From: a bacterium
Lineage (GTDB): Bacteria; Verrucomicrobiota; Verrucomicrobiia; Limisphaerales; UBA11358
NCBI GenBank assembly: GCA_021817945.1
Contig: JAKAFL010000013.1
Location: 4,559-68,558 of the forward strand
Reading direction: 5' to 3'
DNA length: 64,000 nucleotides
The notes beneath the pieces were generated by a model. That model made no database searches and had not been told where the DNA came from. It worked only from the letters and a program-made list of their open reading frames with translations. The position numbers and the translations under genes were made by a program. Of this stretch, positions 21,293 to 33,546 are shown piece after piece (the stretch's first letter is position 1; each line of letters begins with the position of its first letter).

Positions 21293-22171
21293 TTACCCCA
21301 TGGCCATCTGGGCCGTGGTGATCTCCAAGAGTTCCTTGGTGATGTTGGACTGGCGCAATTTGTTGTATTCCAAAGTGAGGTCCTTGATGATCTGGCGCGC
21401 ATTGTCGGTGGCATTCTTCATGGCCACCATTCTGGCGCTGTGTTCACTGGCCCTGGCCTCAAGCAATATCTGGTAAACTTGAAAGTTCAGGCTGTGCGGC
21501 AGCAACGCTCCCAGCACCGTGGTCTCATCCGGCTCAAATTCAAACAGGTTGGTGTCATCCCTGGGGGCCAGCGTTTCAGCCACCGCTCCAACACCCGCAC
21601 TGACCGCCTCAATTTTGCCCAGGGGCAAAAATGAAAGTTTTCGGGGCTGCTGCACCAGCGTGGAAACGTAGTTCGCATACAGTATTTCCACCGCGTCAAC
21701 CTCCCCTTTCTCAAAAAGAGACTGGGCAAACTTGGATACCGCCCGCGCCTCTGCGAACTGGGGGTTGTCCTTGTAATAAAATTCTCCCGCCAGCGACCGG
21801 CGCGTTCGCCCTATGAACTGGGAGGCTTTCTTTCCAACCGTGATGAACACGGTGTTGTCCTTGTCAAAACGGGCCGCCTCTCTAAACAGGTTGCTGTTCA
21901 GGGCGCCGCAAAGGCCGCGATCCGTGGTCACCAGGATCACCGCGCGCTTTCTCACCTCCCGCACCTCCATGAGAGGATGATCAAAACTCGCATACCGGCC
22001 TGCCGCCTGGGCCAGAACCTCATTGAGCAACGAGGCATAAGGACGCCCAACCAGCGCCGCCTGCTGCGCTTTGCGCATCTTCGCCGCAGCCACCATCTGC
22101 ATCGCCTTGGTGATCTGGGCGGTGTTCTTGACCGACTTGATGCGTCGGCGGATATCGCGCGTGCTAGGCAT
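21293..22171 (-). CDS. atpG: F1 ATP synthase gamma subunit
   Basis: ITKAMQMVAA, DRGLCG, RQSNITKELLEI. Confidence 0.97.
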   Translation of the reverse strand: MPSTRDIRRRIKSVKNTAQITKAMQMVAAAKMRKAQQAALVGRPYASLLNEVLAQAAGRYASFDHPLMEVREVRKRAVILVTTDRGLCGALNSNLFREAARFDKDNTVFITVGKKASQFIGRTRRSLAGEFYYKDNPQFAEARAVSKFAQSLFEKGEVDAVEILYANYVSTLVQQPRKLSFLPLGKIEAVSAGVGAVAETLAPRDDTNLFEFEPDETTVLGALLPHSLNFQVYQILLEARASEHSARMVAMKNATDNARQIIKDLTLEYNKLRQSNITKELLEITTAQMAMG

Positions 22172-22180
22172 GTCCCGGCC

Positions 22181-23713
<1,533 letters not shown>

Positions 23714-23721
23714 AATGATCG

Positions 23722-24114
23722 CTAAAAGCTTTGTTCCAATTTATTCAAGCGCGTTTTCACGCTTCCATCGTAGAGGTCGCTGCCCACCTGGATGCGCATG
23801 CCCCCTATCAGGTCGGGGTTTGTGTGAAACCCCATTTTTAATCCCGGCCCGTACTGACTCTCCAAGCGCCTGCGCAAATCCGACTGCTGGGCCCCGGTGA
23901 TCTCGATGGCGCTTTCCACCGTCACGGAGCGGCGTGCCAGTTCCAGTTTCACCAACCGATGCAGACGACTGAGGATGCCCATGAATCCCCTGGGTTTCAT
24001 GGTGCCGAGGAGGCGTGCACATTGACGCACCTTGTCCTCGTCCAGCACCCCGTTCACCAAGCAACTCCTGAAAAGTTGCCGCGCCTCACGCTGGGCTTGT
24101 TTGGTTATTTTCAT
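23722..24114 (-). CDS. atpH: ATP synthase delta subunit (short form)
   Basis: [19 protein letters not shown]; operon position. Confidence 0.9.
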   Translation of the reverse strand: MKITKQAQREARQLFRSCLVNGVLDEDKVRQCARLLGTMKPRGFMGILSRLHRLVKLELARRSVTVESAIEITGAQQSDLRRRLESQYGPGLKMGFHTNPDLIGGMRIQVGSDLYDGSVKTRLNKLEQSF

Positions 24115-24193
24115 CGGTCTAAATAGCGTCTGGTCGAACCCGCACGCTGCTTGGAGTCATTTAATGCTGAAAAAACTCACGAACCGCCGGGCA

Positions 24194-24682
24194 TCACGCC
24201 GTCAGTTGTTTTTCTGTCTCTGCGGAGAGGCGCTGCTGGTCCTCCGTGGTCAAAACCTTTCCGGTGACCGTGGCGGTGGTGCGAACCACCAGGCGGCCCA
24301 CTTCCCGTTTCAACTGGACCAGCATCTGGGCCCGTTCCTGCATGGCCGCCTCTCGCGCCTTGGCCACGATTTGTTCGGCAGCTGAAATCGCCTTTTGGGT
24401 TTCCTGTTCGCGTACCCGGGCCGCCGCCTCTCGCGCCTCGTCAATCATCTTGTTGGCTTTGTCCCCGGCTTCGGCCAGGATTTTCTGGCGCTCCGCTTCC
24501 GTCCGCGCCACGTCCACCTTGATTTGTTCAGCGTGCGCAAGCGCATCCGCGATCTTTTCGCGCCGCGCCTGGAGCATGGCAAAGATCGGCCCGTAGGCAA
24601 AACGCCAAAGCACGAAAAACACAACGGAAAAACTGATCGTCTGGGCGACCAGGATTTTCCACTCGATGCCTAGCTTGTCCAT
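24194..24682 (-). CDS. atpF: ATP synthase b subunit
   Basis: N-terminal TM helix plus charged coiled coil; operon position. Confidence 0.92.
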   Translation of the reverse strand: MDKLGIEWKILVAQTISFSVVFFVLWRFAYGPIFAMLQARREKIADALAHAEQIKVDVARTEAERQKILAEAGDKANKMIDEAREAAARVREQETQKAISAAEQIVAKAREAAMQERAQMLVQLKREVGRLVVRTTATVTGKVLTTEDQQRLSAETEKQLTA

Positions 24683-24689
24683 GGCGCGA

Positions 24690-24893
24690 TTATTTGACGA
24701 CCAACCACGCGATGACCGCCCAGCCTTCTGCGAGAGCCATGCCCACGAACATGAAGGTTAGGATTTTTCCAAACATACCCGGATTTCGGGCCATGGCAGT
24801 AACCCCCCCTGCGGTGGCAATGCCAATACCGATGGCGGCTCCGCCAAAAGCGAGGCCAATGTGAACGTTCCCGACAGTTTCTGCTAGCATCAT
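24690..24893 (-). CDS. atpE: ATP synthase c subunit
   Basis: GxGxG helix, ARNP loop, ion-binding Glu in LAEG. Confidence 0.93.
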   Translation of the reverse strand: MMLAETVGNVHIGLAFGGAAIGIGIATAGGVTAMARNPGMFGKILTFMFVGMALAEGWAVIAWLVVK

Positions 24894-24989
24894 AACTATT
24901 ATTTTTTTGTTTTTGTTGAACCAGCCGCCGATTTGCGAGGCGTCTGAAATTTACCTCAAGCCAACCCATGGCCGCGCGTGAACAAACTT

Positions 24990-25958
24990 CTAGTGCCCAT
25001 GCTCCTCAGTATGGCTGCAAAGAGTGCCCACAAACGCCACTACCAGCATGGCAAACACGAATGCCTGCACCACACAGACAAAGGTCTCGTAAAAATACAT
25101 CCCGGAGGCCAGGATCAGTGAAAACACCAGCGATTTGCCATGAAATATCATGTCCAGGATGCTTTCCCCGGCAAAAACATTCCCATACAACCGCATCGCC
25201 AGAGCCACGGGCCGCGCAAAAAGCACCGATAACAATTCCATGGCCCCGATGAATAAAAACAGCAGGAAAAACAGCGGATACAGAAACTTGCTGGTTTCCA
25301 TTTTCACTCCAAAAATGTGTTTGATCAGCCCCCAAACACCATTGTACTTCACTGCCCAGTAGAGGCTCATGACCAGAAAAATCCCCGCCATGGCCACCGT
25401 AAGATTTGCATCTGTCGTGGGAGGACGAAATAACGGGGTAAATTCGCCCTTCTCTTTCACCCCAATGCTGCCAACACCTGGAACCAGGTCGGTCAGGTTG
25501 GAAAGAACAATGAATATGAAAAATGTGGTGGCAAAAGGAAACACCCAGCGTGTCACCCTCTTGTCCAGAATATCCCCAATCAACCCTTCCCAACCCTCCA
25601 CCATGGCCTCAATCACATTCTGCAATCCAGAAGGCACTTCCTTGATGTTGTTCCAGGTGCCAATCCGCACCACAACCAAAATAAAGGCTGCCACCACCCA
25701 GGTGCAAATCATCGAGTTGGTAACCGGCAAACCCCAAACATGCAGAACGGCTGGCGCCGCAGCCTGCACCCCGGAATCCTCCTGCGACGCCGTCGAAGCC
25801 GCCACCACATTGGTCGCTCCCGCCGCGGAACTGGAATCATCCAAAGGCTGGGCAATGGACCCCAATTGACCGGTCAATAAAACCAGCCATACCGCCAAAA
25901 TCCATTTTAAAACGGGTTTCACTTTTAAATTACTATGAATCCCTTGAGCCGGGACCAA
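24990..25958 (-). CDS. atpB: ATP synthase a subunit
   Basis: PTTDAN, RPVALAMRLYGN, QAFVFAML. Confidence 0.93.
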   Translation of the reverse strand: MVPAQGIHSNLKVKPVLKWILAVWLVLLTGQLGSIAQPLDDSSSAAGATNVVAASTASQEDSGVQAAAPAVLHVWGLPVTNSMICTWVVAAFILVVVRIGTWNNIKEVPSGLQNVIEAMVEGWEGLIGDILDKRVTRWVFPFATTFFIFIVLSNLTDLVPGVGSIGVKEKGEFTPLFRPPTTDANLTVAMAGIFLVMSLYWAVKYNGVWGLIKHIFGVKMETSKFLYPLFFLLFLFIGAMELLSVLFARPVALAMRLYGNVFAGESILDMIFHGKSLVFSLILASGMYFYETFVCVVQAFVFAMLVVAFVGTLCSHTEEHGH

Positions 25959-26361
25959 ATCATAATGATTATCTAAACCAATATTGCGTCAAGGGACGTA
26001 AAGACTGCCTCATCGTGAAAAAATTCACAAGCAATTTCTGAAATTATTTTAATGTGCGCACGTCCCAATCCCTGGCCAGGTTTGGCGATCACAGGTGAAG
26101 TTAAATTTATCAGGAAAAGTGTGGGCAAATTTGGGGTCAACCTGTTTTTTCCAGGCCCCTAAAGAGCCATTCCCTTGCCCTATCTTGCGAAAGGGAATTT
26201 TGATTCCCTGCGCAGGGCATTGACGGTTTTCGCGCCCAAATTCCCGGACTGATGGACTGGGCCAGCGGTTCCTGCCAGTTTTCTACCGGCCAGCAAAGCC
26301 ATTGGGATGCGGCAAAAACCAACTTTTTGCGACCGCCCGTTTTGGGCGGCATCCAGGCACC

Positions 26362-29112
26362 CTAGAGCATGCCTTGGACCCTGTCCAAGGCCTCATTAAG
26401 TTTTGAGACATCCTTGCCTCCACCGCAGGCATTGGTGGGTTTGCCCCCGCCCTTGCCGCCCACAATGGGCGCGATGGTTTGGATTATTTTTCCGGCTTGA
26501 ATACGTGAAACCAACTCCGGCGGGACGGTTGCCACCAATGAGGCGGATCCAGACTCCACACCCCCCAGGACCAGAACACCCTGAAACTGGCCTTTCAAAG
26601 CGTCGGCCATGTGTTGGAGGTATTCCATGCCAGCGTCGGGCACGGCTTGGGCAATCAAGGCAATCCCGTTGATGGTTTTTTGCTGGGCCAGCAGGGTTTG
26701 GGCATCGCGCCCGGCCTGGCGTCGCTGCCACGTTTTGACGGATTTTTCCAAATCCTTTTGCGCAAAAAGCAAGCCGTCCAGTTTTTTCTCCAATTCATGG
26801 ACGGGCGCATTCAATTTGCCGGCGAAATCCCTGAGCATCCGGGCTTGTTGGCGGGTCATTTCGATGGCCGCCAAACCGGCCACCGCCTCAATCCGGCGCA
26901 CCCCGGCGGCCACCGCATTTTCTGAAACGATGCGGAACATTCCAATCTCGCCGGTGGCGCGAACATGGGTGCCCCCGCATAATTCCATCGAATAACCGTC
27001 CAAGGCCCCTTCGTGCCCGCCCACCTGCACCACCCGAACCTGTTCGCCATATTTATCGCCAAAAAATTGCATGATGTCCTGGCGCCCTTTCACCTGGTCA
27101 AACCGGATTTCCATCCAGGATACCTGCCCGTTTTCCAGGATTCGTTCATTCACCAGCGATTCGACATCGCAAATTTGCGCCGGGGTGAGCGGTGCGGAAT
27201 TAAAATCGAAGGTTAATTTATCCGCGCCCACATGGGATCCTTTTTGGGTAACGTCATTGCCCACAATTTGGTGGAGGGCCCAATGCAGAAGGTGCGTGAC
27301 GGTATGGTGCCTTTGAATGGCATTGCGGGTGGGACGATTGACCTGCACGGTGACTGCGGCGCCCACGGGGGGAGCCTCCACGCCGGCCAGAAAATGCAGG
27401 AAAACCGGGCCGGATTTCCGGGTGGTAACCACACCCCATGAGTGGTTTTGGCCCAGGATTTCCCCTTGGTCCCCCACCTGACCGCCCATCTCCGCATAAC
27501 AGGGGCTCGCATCCAGAATCACTGCGGTTTTATCCTTCAATTGCGCCACTTCCAGGACTTTTGCCGAAGCGGAGAATTGGTCGAAGCCCACAAAACGGGT
27601 GGGCTGGTTTGTTGTTATTTGAGTAAGGGAAATAATCTCCCGCTTCTGCGCAGACCTTGCCCTTTCCCGCTGTTCGGTCATCAGGGTCTCAAACCCTGCC
27701 GCGTCCACACCCACATTTTGCTCGCGCGCCATTAATTCGGTCAGGTCCAGCGGAAAACCATAGGTGTCGTATAACTCAAAAACCCAACTGCCGGGCAGAA
27801 CCGGCTGGGTGCCGGGGGCGGAAGCGTCGTGCGGGGCCGGGTATTGCGACCGCAATTCCTCCATGCGGGCGTTGAAAATTTCAATGCCACGGTCCAGGGT
27901 TTTGTTAAATGACTCCTCCTCGGTGCGGATGACTTCCTGCACCGCCTGCCTGCGGCTGCGGATTTCCGGAAAGACATCCCCCATGGTTCGAGCCAGCACA
28001 TCCACCAGCTTGTAAAAGAAGGGTTCCCGGAAGCCCAGTGTCCGGCCATAACGCACCGCCCGGCGCAAAATGCGGCGCAAGACATAATGCCGGTCGGAAT
28101 TCCCCGGCATAATCCCATCCGCAATGGCAAAACCCAGCGTGCGGATATGGTCTGCGATCACGCGAAAAGCCACATCCACCTGTTCCTGCCGCGTCCGCGC
28201 CAGGCTTCCCGGCTCCGGCAGCGTGGACCCGTATCGGCATCCGCTCAAGCCCTCCAGGGCGTCAAACAACGGCCTGAAAATGTCCGTCTCGTAATTCGAA
28301 ATCCGCGCATTTTTGAAATCCGTGAACCCGCGGGTTCCCTGTATGATGGAGGTGACCCGTTCAAAGCCCATCCCCGTGTCCACATGCCGGGCTGGCAACG
28401 GGGAATAGGTTCCATCCGGGTTGGCATTGAACTGAATGAACACCAGGTTCCAAATTTCGATGCAGCGCGCGTCCCCCTTGTTGACTAACGACCCGCGCGT
28501 GTCTCCCTCAGGGGTTAGGTCCACATGTAATTCAGAACAGGGACCGCAAGGCCCCGTTTCGCCCATCATCCAGAAATTATCCTTCTTGTTGCCATTCACT
28601 ATGTGAACGGCGGGATCCAAGCCGGCAGATCTGAATTTGGCGGCCCAAAAATCCCAGGCTTCCTGGTCAAAGGCGCTGGGGTCTTTCAACGAGGCGTTGG
28701 GGGCATAGACCGTGGCATAAAGGCGCTGGGGGGGAAATTGCCAGACGCCGACAATGAGCTCCCACGCCCAGTCTATGGCTTCGCGTTTGAAATAATCGCC
28801 AAAGCTCCAATTGCCGAGCATTTCAAAAAAAGTATGATGGTAGGTGTCCAGGCCCACGTCATCCAGGTCGTTGTGCTTGCCGCCGGCGCGTATGCATTTC
28901 TGCGTGTCCGCCGCCCGTCCTGGCTGGTAGGGACAGGGTGTCTGGCCCAAAAAAATCGGAACAAACTGGTTCATACCCGCGTTGGTGAAAAGCAAGTTGG
29001 GCGAATCAGGCATGAGCCTGGCCGAAGGCACAATGGCATGCTGCTTGGATCGGAAAAAATCGAGGAAATCCTGGCGGATTTCCGTGCTGGTACGAATGCG
29101 TGTCTGGTTCAT
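26362..29112 (-). CDS. alaS: Alanine--tRNA ligase
   Basis: LLFTNAGMNQF, HHTFFEMLGNWSFGDYFK, ELCGGTH, GGKGGG; start taken at the ATG of MNQTRIRT. Confidence 0.97.
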   Translation of the reverse strand: MNQTRIRTSTEIRQDFLDFFRSKQHAIVPSARLMPDSPNLLFTNAGMNQFVPIFLGQTPCPYQPGRAADTQKCIRAGGKHNDLDDVGLDTYHHTFFEMLGNWSFGDYFKREAIDWAWELIVGVWQFPPQRLYATVYAPNASLKDPSAFDQEAWDFWAAKFRSAGLDPAVHIVNGNKKDNFWMMGETGPCGPCSELHVDLTPEGDTRGSLVNKGDARCIEIWNLVFIQFNANPDGTYSPLPARHVDTGMGFERVTSIIQGTRGFTDFKNARISNYETDIFRPLFDALEGLSGCRYGSTLPEPGSLARTRQEQVDVAFRVIADHIRTLGFAIADGIMPGNSDRHYVLRRILRRAVRYGRTLGFREPFFYKLVDVLARTMGDVFPEIRSRRQAVQEVIRTEEESFNKTLDRGIEIFNARMEELRSQYPAPHDASAPGTQPVLPGSWVFELYDTYGFPLDLTELMAREQNVGVDAAGFETLMTEQRERARSAQKREIISLTQITTNQPTRFVGFDQFSASAKVLEVAQLKDKTAVILDASPCYAEMGGQVGDQGEILGQNHSWGVVTTRKSGPVFLHFLAGVEAPPVGAAVTVQVNRPTRNAIQRHHTVTHLLHWALHQIVGNDVTQKGSHVGADKLTFDFNSAPLTPAQICDVESLVNERILENGQVSWMEIRFDQVKGRQDIMQFFGDKYGEQVRVVQVGGHEGALDGYSMELCGGTHVRATGEIGMFRIVSENAVAAGVRRIEAVAGLAAIEMTRQQARMLRDFAGKLNAPVHELEKKLDGLLFAQKDLEKSVKTWQRRQAGRDAQTLLAQQKTINGIALIAQAVPDAGMEYLQHMADALKGQFQGVLVLGGVESGSASLVATVPPELVSRIQAGKIIQTIAPIVGGKGGGKPTNACGGGKDVSKLNEALDRVQGML

Positions 29113-29742
29113 TTTAACCCAAATTGATTCCGCGCAATCCCAGCCGCCCCGGGCGGCTGGGAAGACGCGATAAAGACTGGAGCCTAACACAAAACCGGGC
29201 CTTATGGCGAGCCAAGTTTTAGGCGAACCAGCCCCTGATGTAAAACCCACCCAAAATCCTGTGCCCCTCCACAAAAAAACACTTGAGATTTTTTGAAAAT
29301 GGACGACATATATGGGTGCGGCTTGCTGTGACGGCACAGCGTGTTCTTTGAGCAATTTGAGTGACAGGAAAAATTACGGGATCACAGTTCGGAAACCTGA
29401 TCCCCAACCCCTTTCCCTGCCCTGTTCGTGATTCGAAGCAATCCTTGAACCGTAATTAAAACGATCACGGGATGGATCTGGGCGATGGATGACATGCCTT
29501 CAATGGAAGTTTAACATCGTTCAGGAAGTCCCACATGTAGCAATACATGTTCAAAGGTTATGTTAGACACGGCAATGGCGGGGTTTATTTTTTGAATGGC
29601 AGTCTGCCTTTTGCAAAAAGCCTGGGCTGCTATTGAACCCCTAACCCCCAAATTCCGGCCATGCCCCGCCCCACCGGAATCCTTTTTAAAAAATCAGATG
29701 CAAAAGCCTTTTTCCACCGTTGGCACATGATAGGCTATCCAC

Positions 29743-31137
29743 ATGGGGCAGGAAGATTTGTTTCAAACCAAGCGCGGAAAAGCCATGGGCATCTCCAATG
29801 ACCCCGCAGTTCCTGAACGCACCTCACGGTCTCCCTTGGCAACCCGGATGCGGCCCAGGAACCTCACGGAATTCACCGGTCAAACCCATATTTTGGCGCC
29901 AGGCCAACTCCTATGGCGGGCCATCGAGGCGGACCGGATCCAATCCGTCATTTTCTACGGTCCCCCAGGCACGGGCAAAACTTCGCTGGCACGAATCATC
30001 GCCGGGCGGACCCGAAGCCGGTTCGAGCAGCTCAGCGGCGTGGAATCCAACGTGGCAGACATGCGCCGCGTCCTGGCGGGTGCGGTCCAGTGGCTGGACA
30101 GCGCCGGGGAACCCACGCTCTTGTTCATTGACGAAATCCACCGTTTCAACAAGGCACAGCAGGATATACTGCTGCCGGAGGTGGAAAACGGGTCCATACG
30201 GCTCATCGGCGCAACGACGCATAACCCCTTTTTCTTTGTCAATCCGGCGCTGGTTTCCCGATCCCAGATATTCGAACTCAAACCCCTTTCCGAAACAGAG
30301 CTTTTGACCCTGCTCAAGCAAAGCCTGCAGGACAAGGAACGCGGCCTGGGACATCTCAAGTTGAATGCCGCCCCGGCAGCATTGGACCACCTGGCGCGGC
30401 TCTCGGATGGAGACGCACGCAAAGCCTTGAATTCATTGGAGATTGCAGCCCTCACCACACCGCCGGAACCCGACGGAACCATCCACATCACCCTCCCCAT
30501 GGCGGAGCAGAGCATTCAAAAAAAAGCGGTTGTTTACGAGGGGAACGGCGACGCCCACTATGACACCATCTCCGCCTACATCAAATCCATACGTGGCAGC
30601 GACGCGGACGCCGCTCTTTACTGGCTGGCCAAAATGATTCATGCCGGGGAAGACCCGCGTTTCATAGCCCGGCGCATGGTCATCAGTGCGGCGGAAGACG
30701 TGGGGCTGGCCGATCCAATGGCATTGGTCCTGGCCAATGCGGCGCTGGCTGCGGCAGAATACGTGGGCTGGCCTGAGGCGCGCATCCCCCTGGCCGAGGC
30801 AACCATTTACCTGGCCACGGCCTCAAAAAGCAATTCTGCGTGCGTGGCCATTGATGCCGCCCTGGCGGATGTCCAGACCGGGCGCACCCTGCCGGTGCCC
30901 AATGCCTTGCGGGATGGACATTACGCCGGGTCCCAGCGCCTGGGTCACGGGCAGGGTTACCAATACCCGCACGACGCAAAAAATCATTTCATTCCCCAGG
31001 ATTACATGGGTGAAACCCGCGCCTATTACAACCCCACATCACAGGGGGTGGAGAAAAAGATTCAGGAAAGGGTGAAACAATGGCGGGCCGAATTTGCGGC
31101 CATTCGCAGCGAAAAAGATGGAAACAAAAGCGCTTAA
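29743..31137 (+). CDS. rarA: Replication-associated recombination protein A (MgsA/RarA)
   Basis: PLATRMRP, GPPGTGKT, IDEIHRFNKAQQD, KSIRGSD. Confidence 0.95.
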   Translation: MGQEDLFQTKRGKAMGISNDPAVPERTSRSPLATRMRPRNLTEFTGQTHILAPGQLLWRAIEADRIQSVIFYGPPGTGKTSLARIIAGRTRSRFEQLSGVESNVADMRRVLAGAVQWLDSAGEPTLLFIDEIHRFNKAQQDILLPEVENGSIRLIGATTHNPFFFVNPALVSRSQIFELKPLSETELLTLLKQSLQDKERGLGHLKLNAAPAALDHLARLSDGDARKALNSLEIAALTTPPEPDGTIHITLPMAEQSIQKKAVVYEGNGDAHYDTISAYIKSIRGSDADAALYWLAKMIHAGEDPRFIARRMVISAAEDVGLADPMALVLANAALAAAEYVGWPEARIPLAEATIYLATASKSNSACVAIDAALADVQTGRTLPVPNALRDGHYAGSQRLGHGQGYQYPHDAKNHFIPQDYMGETRAYYNPTSQGVEKKIQERVKQWRAEFAAIRSEKDGNKSA

Positions 31138-31690
31138 AATGGATTTGCGTCGGCGCATGCGCGCAGAGCTGGCAAAGGTGAGCCCCGCAGTGCGCCTGGC
31201 CGCCTCCCTGGAGGCTTGCGAACGTTTAAAACCCCAACTGCACTGCGCCGCAGCCATCCTCTTTTTTGCCCCGCTCCCGGATGAATTGGACCTTTGGCCG
31301 GTGCTGGAGGATGCCTTGGCACGCGGCATTTCATGCGCCCTGCCCAGTTTCAACTCCACCACCCAAACCTACTCCGCCCGGCTTATCACCAATTTGGAAA
31401 ATCAAATCGTGCCTGGACAATTTGGGGTGCGCGAACCTCACCCATCCTGCACGGAGATTCCCATGGACCAGTTCAACCTGATTCTCGTCCCGGGAATGGC
31501 GTTCGATTTGGAGGGCAACCGCCTGGGAAGGGGATTGGGCTTTTATGACCGCATCCTGGCGAATATCTCCAGACTCAAATGCGGTGTCTGCCACGATGGC
31601 CAGCTCTTCCCCAAAATCCCCTCCGAATCCTCGGATGTACGGCTGGATTTTGTGCTGACCCCGTCAAAGCTGGTGCGCTGCAAATCCTGA
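31118..31690 (+). CDS. 5-formyltetrahydrofolate cyclo-ligase
   Basis: LVPGMAFD..GNRLGRGLGFYDR. Confidence 0.92.
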   Translation: METKALKMDLRRRMRAELAKVSPAVRLAASLEACERLKPQLHCAAAILFFAPLPDELDLWPVLEDALARGISCALPSFNSTTQTYSARLITNLENQIVPGQFGVREPHPSCTEIPMDQFNLILVPGMAFDLEGNRLGRGLGFYDRILANISRLKCGVCHDGQLFPKIPSESSDVRLDFVLTPSKLVRCKS

Positions 31691-31720
31691 AAGCCTGTCT
31701 AAAAATTCGGAAAGGTGCTG
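31691..31720 (+). repeat. Repeat family B end (IS/MITE-like terminus)
   Basis: AAGCCTGTCTAAAAATTCGGAAAGGTGCTG matches GAGCCTGTTTGAAAATTCGGAGGGATGCTG at 41537. Confidence 0.55.
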
Positions 31721-31932
31721 CGGCTGAGTATTTTGGACTTGGGCATGACGGAACTGTCGGCACATTCCCGTAGCGGACTGTAACGGCGGCGACAACAAAG
31801 CCCCAGTCACAGCACTCCTCCCAATTGAACTGGAGCCAGGCGGCCCGCCAAGCAAAACTGGCCATAAACTTGGCAATAAACAGTTGCCCCCCAATTCAAT
31901 TGGATTTAAATTTAACGCTAGGAATTTCGACC

Positions 31933-33045
31933 ATGAAAACCAAACTGCACTCCCTCCTATTCATCGGGCTGATGCTTCTCGCTGGCGTTCATTCAACCAT
32001 GGCGCAAGTCACAAATCTGGGTATCGCCCCGGCACCGGGCGGACAATCCGTGCTTTACTGGCCGGTGAGCAGCACGAATTACGTGTTGCAGACGACCACG
32101 AATCTGGCCACGCCGAACTGGGTGGCTGTGCGCTCGGCTTACCCGGTCAATGCGGGGCAGGTAACCAATTCGGCTCCGTCAGGCTTCTTTCGGTTGCAGC
32201 CGGTGACAGTGCCGGCAGGCATGGCCTTGGTTCCGGCGGGCTGGTTTACAATGGGCGACACAGTGGATGGGCTGACCAATGCCATCCCCACCAACATTTT
32301 CGTGTCGGCGTTTGTAATGGACGTGAATCTGGTCACTTTTAGCTTGTGGCAAACGGTGTATAAGACTGCAACCTCCTCTAAAGGTTATGCTTTTGACCAT
32401 CCCGGCGTGGGCAAGGGGACGAATTATCCGGTGGAGACGGTGAACTGGTATGATTGCGTGAAGTGGTGCAATGCACGCTCGGAGTTATCGGGACTGACCC
32501 CGTGCTATTATACGGATGCGAATTTGACGCAGGTTTATAAAACCGGGGATGTGGATGCCGTCTATGTGAACTGGACTGCAAGCGGCTATCGTTTGCCGAC
32601 GGAAGCGGAGTGGGAGAAGGCTGCTCGGGGCGGGTTGAGCGGGCTGCGGTTTCCGTGGGGCAACATCATTGATGAAAATCTGGCCAACTACTACGGATTT
32701 ACCAATAGCTTCAGCTATGACCGAGGCCCCAACGGTAACAACTCTATTGCTAGCATCGGAGGAGCGAATCCGGCGACCAGTCCGGTGGGTTCGTTTGATG
32801 TGAATGCCTACGGTTTATATGACATGGCTGGGAACGTGAATGAATGGTGTTGGGACTGGTATGGCACGCCATATGGCCAACCGACCATAAACAACCCAAC
32901 GGGAGGGCCAGCATCGGGCGTCCGTGTGTTGCGCGGCGGCAATTGGTACAACACCGCCGACTTTTCGCGGTGCGCCAATCGCTTCTCCTTCTACCCGAAC
33001 TATACCGACTTCGGCTTTGGGTTCCGTTGTGTGAGGGGCCTTTAG
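31933..33045 (+). CDS. Secreted FGE-sulfatase (C-type lectin fold) protein; probable DGR target
   Basis: Signal peptide; YRLPTEAEWEKAARGG, GLYDMAGNVNEWCWD, RVLRGGNW...GFRCV; NNY-codon-rich 3' end. Confidence 0.88.
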   Translation: MKTKLHSLLFIGLMLLAGVHSTMAQVTNLGIAPAPGGQSVLYWPVSSTNYVLQTTTNLATPNWVAVRSAYPVNAGQVTNSAPSGFFRLQPVTVPAGMALVPAGWFTMGDTVDGLTNAIPTNIFVSAFVMDVNLVTFSLWQTVYKTATSSKGYAFDHPGVGKGTNYPVETVNWYDCVKWCNARSELSGLTPCYYTDANLTQVYKTGDVDAVYVNWTASGYRLPTEAEWEKAARGGLSGLRFPWGNIIDENLANYYGFTNSFSYDRGPNGNNSIASIGGANPATSPVGSFDVNAYGLYDMAGNVNEWCWDWYGTPYGQPTINNPTGGPASGVRVLRGGNWYNTADFSRCANRFSFYPNYTDFGFGFRCVRGL

Positions 33046-33155
33046 TTTTTGTCCTTTTACGCTTTAAGCCTTTTGAACCGGAGCGGGGGCGGTCATGCTG
33101 AGGGGCAGGCGAACAAAAACCAGCCTCGCGCAGCGGTGAAATTACTTTGGGCTAA

Positions 33156-33251
33156 ATTGACACGGCCGGGAGCGACAACTTTTTGACCAAGCTGCAAGAC
33201 CTGCTGGTCTATTTGATCCCGCAACTGAACAAATTTCCGCGCAACCAGAAA
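33156..33251 (+). pseudogene. avd: Truncated DGR accessory variability determinant (Avd-like) fragment
   Basis: 33174-33251 translates DNFLTKLQDLLVYLIPQLNKFPRNQK, the Avd/four-helix-bundle N-terminal pattern (K..DL..YL.P...KFPR.Q); no start codon, diverges and stops soon after. Confidence 0.65.
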
Positions 33252-33546
33252 AGAGCAAACGCGACAAATCAAAAGTAGAAAAACGCAAGCGGGTACCGGT
33301 CCAAAAAAGACCAAAGACGGGGTTTTCGATAGAACGTGTGATGAAAAGCGGGCGAAAGCGCCGGCACCCTTAACGATGCTGGTAATCCGTCATTCCACCC
33401 ATTCCATTCTCCCAATCCTGCGGAGCGTCCCAGGGGCGGACAGAGGCGTTGTCAGGCACCGTGCTGGAACATCCCGTGAGTCCCACGGCCATGGCAACGG
33501 CAACCAAAAACAAAACCAAAATGGGAAACAACCGTTTCATCAGAAA

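Noticed and set aside
24690-24893. Na+-translocating or N-type ATPase
   Set aside because: The c subunit has LAEG without the Na+-site ES/T and Gln; gene order is the standard F-type
29113-29742. Long alaS N-terminal extension, or an RNA element in the alaS-rarA intergenic region
   Set aside because: AlaS homology starts at 29112; no T-box, tRNA or 6S-like structure was recognisable by eye
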